A stretch of DNA of 64,000 nucleotides from an uncultured Spirochaetota bacterium (lineage in GTDB: Bacteria > Spirochaetota > Brevinematia > Brevinematales > JAOACQ01): the NCBI GenBank assembly GCA_963835575.1, contig CAWIGG010000003.1:96001-160000 (forward strand), written 5' to 3'. Of the stretch, positions 58,772-64,000 are shown piece by piece; the first letter of the stretch is position 1; every line of letters begins with the position of its first letter. The notes below the pieces were generated by a model that saw nothing but the letters and a program-made list of their open reading frames with translations, ran no database searches and was not told the origin of the DNA. The translations under genes and the position numbers were made by a program.

Positions 58772-59614
58772 ATGGATCATAATTATTTTGAGGAAACGGT
58801 CTATACAATGACGAGCGATGCTCTATCCCAGGAGGGTTTGTTAATCCGCCCTGCCGGGAGCCCCGTAAAACCTGCCGCGGTTGTCTGGGTCCATGGTTTT
58901 GCAAGTAATTATTATCAATTCAACGCCGTTCAGATCGGACGTATGATCGCCGGCGCCGGCTTTACATTCATCACAGGAAATAACCGCGGCCATGACTTCG
59001 GCGCAATATACTACACGGATAAAGGAGCGCCGATGCTCTATGGAGGCGGCTGGGAACAGTTGGAAGAGTCTCCTCTGGATATTTCCGCATGGATCGATTT
59101 TGCGGCCCAATTGGGGTATAGCCGCGTTGTGCTTCTGGGGCACAGCCTCGGGGCTTTGAAGGTCATGCATTACCAGGCCGAATGCCGGGACCCGAGGGTC
59201 GCAGGGCTGATATCCGCTTCGCCTCCTCTGCGCGGCGGGAATATCGATCCGGAAATCCTGAAACAGGCCGAACAGCTTTCAAAGGCGGGCCGGGGCCGCG
59301 ACCTCCTTCCCTGGGGATCTTTCTTTTTAGGCGCGGGCACGCTTAGCGCTCAAAGTTATCTCGGCTTAGTGAAGAACGGCCGGAAAGTAATGGAAAGTTT
59401 TATCGGCAGGATCAGCTGTCCCCTGCTCGCAGTATACGGCACAAACGAAGGCTGGGTTGGCGATGAGAAAGACCTGGAGACAATCCGCGTCTCCGCCGTC
59501 GCCTCTCCTCAAGTCGCCACAGTCATGATCGAAGGGGCCGACCACAGTTATACAAATCACATAAACGAAGTTTCCCGGGCATTTATCGATTGGATCGGAA
59601 AAGCGGTACTATAG
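58772..59614 (+). CDS. Alpha/beta hydrolase (DUF1749-like)
   Basis: VHG, GHSLG nucleophile elbow, GADH. Confidence 0.85.
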   Translation: MDHNYFEETVYTMTSDALSQEGLLIRPAGSPVKPAAVVWVHGFASNYYQFNAVQIGRMIAGAGFTFITGNNRGHDFGAIYYTDKGAPMLYGGGWEQLEESPLDISAWIDFAAQLGYSRVVLLGHSLGALKVMHYQAECRDPRVAGLISASPPLRGGNIDPEILKQAEQLSKAGRGRDLLPWGSFFLGAGTLSAQSYLGLVKNGRKVMESFIGRISCPLLAVYGTNEGWVGDEKDLETIRVSAVASPQVATVMIEGADHSYTNHINEVSRAFIDWIGKAVL

Positions 59615-59716
59615 TTTTGAATAATGACATCTCTTGAAAAAAATTATACCGGCTTCCTTTTTAATCTTTTCCGGGATCAATCCTGTAATAACCGGGATTT
59701 TTCTAGTTCCATAAAT

Positions 59717-60808
59717 TCAGTTTTCAGGAAAAGGCAGTTCCAGGTACAGGGACTTTTTTTTACTCTTTCCCGGGGCCATGCCGAAATTCGATACGGATAT
59801 CCCCGCCAGGCGTATCCTTTTCTCGCCGGCCTCGGTTTTATCCAGAAGCTTTTTTACTTCACGGAAAATGATCGCGGCGCCGCTGACAGGCTCCGGCAGG
59901 CTGACGCTCCGCGTGATCTGCTTAAAATCAAAATACTTGATCTTGAGGGTAATGGTCCTGCCTTCTGTGCCGTAACTTTTCAGGATTCTTTCAACTTCGA
60001 AAGAAAGGTCCTCCAGAAGCTCCTCGATTTCCATTCTGTCAAGGATATCCTTCGGCAATGTCACCTCGCGGCCGATGGACTTCCTTTCATAATAGGGCTG
60101 GACCGGCGACTCATCGATGCCTCGGGCGAGGTTGTAAAACCATTCCCCGCCTTTGCCGAAATACTCCGTCAATTCCTCTATTGTTTTTCCCTTCAGGTCA
60201 GCGCCGTTTTTGATACCGAGCTCAAGCATTCTTTTCTCAGTGACCTTCCCCACCCCGTAAAAACTGCCTATGGGGAGCTTCGCGATAAACGATTCCGCGT
60301 CCTCGGGAACAACAACGGTGAGGCCGTCAGGCTTTTTGAAGCCCGACGCGACTTTCGCTATAAATTTATTGAACGAAACACCGGCTGAAGCGGTCAGGCC
60401 CGTTTTTTCATATATCTTCCGCTTGATCTCTTTAGCGATCCGGTACGCGAGAGGCATCCCTTTTTTATTTTCGGTCACATCAAGATAGGCTTCGTCGAGC
60501 GACAGGGGCTCGACAAGATCGGTATATTCATGGAATATTTCATTGATTTCCGAGGAGGCTTTTTCATACAGGTCAAAACGCGGCTCTATCAATACGGCCT
60601 TCGGGCAGAGCCGGAGCGCCTGCGATGAGGCCATCGCGGAATGGATGCCGAATTTACGGGCCTCATAGGAGCACGTCGCCACAACACCCCTGTCCTGCGG
60701 GCGTCCGCCGACGATTATGGGCTTGCCCTTCAGTTCGGGGCGCTCCCTCTGCTCAACCGACGCGTAGAACGCGTCCATATCGACATGGATGATTTTTCGG
60801 ATTTTCAT
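59717..60808 (-). CDS. dinB: DNA polymerase IV
   Basis: HVDMDAFYASVEQ, SYEAR, SLDEAYLD, KPDG. Confidence 0.96.
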   Translation of the reverse strand: MKIRKIIHVDMDAFYASVEQRERPELKGKPIIVGGRPQDRGVVATCSYEARKFGIHSAMASSQALRLCPKAVLIEPRFDLYEKASSEINEIFHEYTDLVEPLSLDEAYLDVTENKKGMPLAYRIAKEIKRKIYEKTGLTASAGVSFNKFIAKVASGFKKPDGLTVVVPEDAESFIAKLPIGSFYGVGKVTEKRMLELGIKNGADLKGKTIEELTEYFGKGGEWFYNLARGIDESPVQPYYERKSIGREVTLPKDILDRMEIEELLEDLSFEVERILKSYGTEGRTITLKIKYFDFKQITRSVSLPEPVSGAAIIFREVKKLLDKTEAGEKRIRLAGISVSNFGMAPGKSKKKSLYLELPFPEN

Positions 60809-60877
60809 AATGAGATATTATAACAGAGATTAATAAGAAACAATAATGTCGTATTGATAAGTTTCACCGCCAAATAA

Positions 60878-61002
60878 CGGGTAATCCGCTAATGCACGCG
60901 AATAGACGCGAATTGAAAAGAAGGAGTATTAATTGGAACTGTTAGGAGATGATGAATGATAAGGTATAAAATTTATTAGCGTGAATTCGCGTGGCTTAGC
61001 GG
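60878..61002. repeat. 9-nt-periodic IR element (cacgcgaat type)
   Basis: ccgctaatgcacgcgaatagacgcgaa ... gcgtgaattcgcgtggcttagcgg. Confidence 0.85.
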
Positions 61003-61076
61003 AAGACTTAACTTAATATACATACCTAGCCGGTAATTATTTTTTGAATTTATGAAAAGTCTGATTTGTACCTAAA

Positions 61077-61136
61077 CTTCCTGCCCCTTCGGTAAGATCA
61101 GGGCATCGCTTCCCGTCTTCCTGTCTTCCTGTAAAA
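61077..61136. repeat. Single caggaaga-type arm with REP insert
   Basis: cttcctg[ccccttcggtaagatcagggcatcg]cttcccgtcttcctgtcttcctgtaaaa. Confidence 0.7.
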
Positions 61137-61161
61137 TAGATATGACATTTACAGGATTTTA

Positions 61162-62265
61162 TTATCCCAGATCAATCAGTTCGTAACTCTGGATTCCCAG
61201 GCCGATCTTCTCCGCGTAATCCAGGCAGTTCCGCCAGTCGGTGTTGGGGTAAATCATCGTGAATTTATCCTTTTTTTGAGAATCCCTGCCGCCGATCACG
61301 CTTTCTTTATTGGCCTCGGTTTTATTGACCAGGTCGACACAGGCCCTGTCGATAGCGACAGGGTCATAGGAAGCCAGGATGCCGATGTCCGGCACGATCG
61401 GATAATCATTGAAATTCCAGCAGTCGCAGTTCGGCGAAACATCGATGATAAAATTGATATGAAAATGCTGTTTGCCATGAAGGACCGCGTAAGCGTATTC
61501 CGCGATTTTTTCCAGCGTGTTTGTCGCGCCCCAGACAACCTGCGCGGCGTCATAATAGCAGACAGCGACGCACTGCCCGCAGCCCACGCATTTTTCATAA
61601 TCGATGACGGCCTTTCTCTCGCCGTCAATATGAACGGCGTCATGAGCGCAGTTTTTCACGCATTGGGAGCATGCCGTGCAGTTTTTCCGGTTTATTTTCG
61701 GCTTATTGCCGGAATGCATCTCAAGTTTTCCGCCCACGGAACCCGAACCCATTCCCAGGTTCTTCAAAGCCCCGCCGAAACCGGCAAGGTCATGCCCTTT
61801 GAAATGGTTTAACGAGATAATGATGTCCGCATCGGCAATGGCCGCGCCGATTTTCGCCGTCTTGCAGTTCTTCATTTTTATGGGGATCTCGCGGTAATCC
61901 GTTCCTTTGAGCCCGTCAGCGATGATGACATTACAACCGAGCGCGAGCGGATTATAACCGTTCTCAGCCGCGCTTCTCAGATGGTCGACGGCGTTGCCGC
62001 GGCCGCCCTTGTACAGGGTATTGGCGTCCGTGACAAACGTAAAAGCTCCGTTCGCCTGGAGGAGCTTCGCGATCCTGGCGGCAAAATTCGGGCGTAAATA
62101 GGAAAGATTGCCCGGCTCGCCGAAATGAACTTTTAAGGCCGCGAACTTTTTATTTAAATCGAGGGAAAGGATCCCCGCCTTTTTAACGAGCGCTTCCAGT
62201 TTGTCCGGCAGGTTTTTCCCAGGAGAGGTTCTGAGATTTGTAAAAAAGACCTTCGCTTTTTCCAT
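61162..62265 (-). CDS. DUF362 domain protein with 2x 4Fe-4S ferredoxin
   Basis: KVHFGEPGN, HFKGH, CTACSQC...CVGCGQC, SPNCDC, DPVAID. Confidence 0.9.
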   Translation of the reverse strand: MEKAKVFFTNLRTSPGKNLPDKLEALVKKAGILSLDLNKKFAALKVHFGEPGNLSYLRPNFAARIAKLLQANGAFTFVTDANTLYKGGRGNAVDHLRSAAENGYNPLALGCNVIIADGLKGTDYREIPIKMKNCKTAKIGAAIADADIIISLNHFKGHDLAGFGGALKNLGMGSGSVGGKLEMHSGNKPKINRKNCTACSQCVKNCAHDAVHIDGERKAVIDYEKCVGCGQCVAVCYYDAAQVVWGATNTLEKIAEYAYAVLHGKQHFHINFIIDVSPNCDCWNFNDYPIVPDIGILASYDPVAIDRACVDLVNKTEANKESVIGGRDSQKKDKFTMIYPNTDWRNCLDYAEKIGLGIQSYELIDLG

Positions 62266-62484
62266 AATAGATAAACTCCATTTAAAAATTTTATCCGGAT
62301 AAGCTTTTGCCGTTTAACGGACAAAAACTTTATTCTTCATTATAATTTCAATAGCCGGTTCTTTCAAATAATAGATAGTCAGTTCCAAAGAATTTGATTT
62401 TTTGGAACAGACCTTTATCTTTTTGATTGAAAAATAAACCCGCCGGACTTATACTTATCAGTATTATTTTTATCCGGGGGCTTT

Positions 62485-64000
62485 ATGCTTTTAACTTTAA
62501 TTCTCTGGCTTTTCACATTCCTATTCAGCTGTATTTACGGGCTTATGCTGATCAGGCTTTTTCAATTTATGTTCCGCTTGAAGCCGGAAGAGATCCCGAC
62601 CCCGGCCGAGCTATTCTTTACCGGCATCGCTTTTTTAACCGTTTTCACACTTTATACTTCATTATTTATAAAGATTGGCCTCATAGCGGATATTATTTTG
62701 ATATCCGGCGCTGTCATTTATACCATAATTGATTCCCGTTTTATTAGAAATATATTCCTGAAATATGAAAATGACCCGCCCGGCTTATCCCCGTTTTTAA
62801 TAAAAGCGGCGCTGGCAATCTTTTTAATCCTTCTTTTCGAGACATCGGCCTACCGCCCGAAAAACTATGATACGGCCCTCTATCACGCGCAGGCGATCCA
62901 TTGGGCGGAATCTTTACCCGGCGATTCCAGGATTGGGTAATCTTCACAAACGGCTGGCATACGACAGCAGCTGGTTTGTTCTCACTCCTCTGTTCAGCCT
63001 CAGCTTTATAAAAGATCAATCGTTTCATGCGCTGAACGGGCTTTTTCTCCTGATCGGCAGCTTATTTTTCCTCGGAGGGATACAAAAATTAATATCAGGA
63101 AAAAAATCAATGGCCGTCTGGCTGCGGGTCCTGATATTGCCTATGGCCCTGTTATTTTTTACAAATTTCGCTTCATCGCCTGATTCTGACACTCCCGCGG
63201 GGATACTGATCTATTTTGTTTTTATTACTTTTCTTGAAAAAATAGAATCGGATAATACTAATTCTTCTGACAATAAAAATTTCCAGCGCCCCGATCTTTA
63301 TTCTGTCTCTATTTATCATAATTTCCGAGCTCTTTAGAAAAAGGTTCTTACCCGCCCTGTTTCTCTGTCTGATAAGCTTTATAGCGGTTCTTCCATGGCT
63401 TGCCAGGAATATCATCCTGTCCGGATATCTGATCTATCCTTTTTCCGCAGTCAATATTTTTAATTTCGACTGGAAGATTCCGCTCTCTGTTCTGGAGGGC
63501 GATAAAAAAGGGATGGAAGACTGGTCTTTCCCCATCCGTAATATGGACTTATTTACCTATCTTCCCCAATGGTATTCAAAAATAAGATTACCGCATATTC
63601 AATATAAAATTGTTCTTACCCTATTGATGGGTTTTTCAGGTATTTCCATTCTTGCTTATATTTTTCTTTTCTTTAAAAATATTAAAAAGGTTTTTTCAGC
63701 GTTCAAAAACCAGAGCAAATATATAATATTTTACATTACAGCATATGCCGCCGTAATTTTTTTATTCATCACCGCCCCCGATGTCCGCTACGGTTCTTCC
63801 TTTTTCGTTCTTTTTTTACTTCTCCATATAATCCCGGCATTAATGGTATTGACCCATAAAACAGTCTTCCGGCTGTCATTTAAAAGAATTTATTGCCTTT
63901 TGATAGTCTTTTTTATGATCTCATTTGAAGTATTTCTCTTCAACAGATATTTTTTTACCGGCCGTGTCAACCTCTACGGTACTGAAAAAACATCTATCGT
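62485..64000 (+). pseudogene. LIC_10190-like polytopic membrane protein, frameshifted, runs off window
   Basis: YDTALYHAQAIHW / PGLGNLH.RLAY / RNIILSGYLIYP motifs fall in different frames (shifts near 62910 and 63280). Confidence 0.6.

Overview
Bacterial chromosomal window, most likely a free-living anaerobic spirochaete. This is inferred from two spirochaete-type FlaB flagellins and lipoprotein-anchored cellulases. Housekeeping genes: FprA/Hrb, malic enzyme, pfkA, a 2910-aa cyclic beta-1,2-glucan synthase, leuB, recG, 2x flaB, phoH, 7TM-HD, BatA-like VWA, murE, clpS, trpE/GD/C, dinB. Mobile DNA: one intact IS5-family IS (TSD TTAT) and an ORF-less class IIC group II intron inserted after a terminator. 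The most striking unannotated signal is intergenic. At least 8 loci carry inverted arms built from 9-nt tandem units. One pair encloses a decayed GxxExxY-protein N-terminus and one encloses an AT-rich cargo gene. Many arms are themselves invaded by 19-25-nt REP-like hairpins and MITEs, giving nested insertions, and one locus has the two ends joined back-to-back. Other highlights: an unannotated trp leader peptide with an FFFWWWF run (possible dual Phe/Trp attenuator), and two tandem GH5 cellulases sharing about 1.26 kb of apparently identical DNA but ending in different CBMs (CBM2 vs CBM3). Several frameshifts may be real decay or sequencing error. All family calls are from motif recognition by eye; no searches were run.
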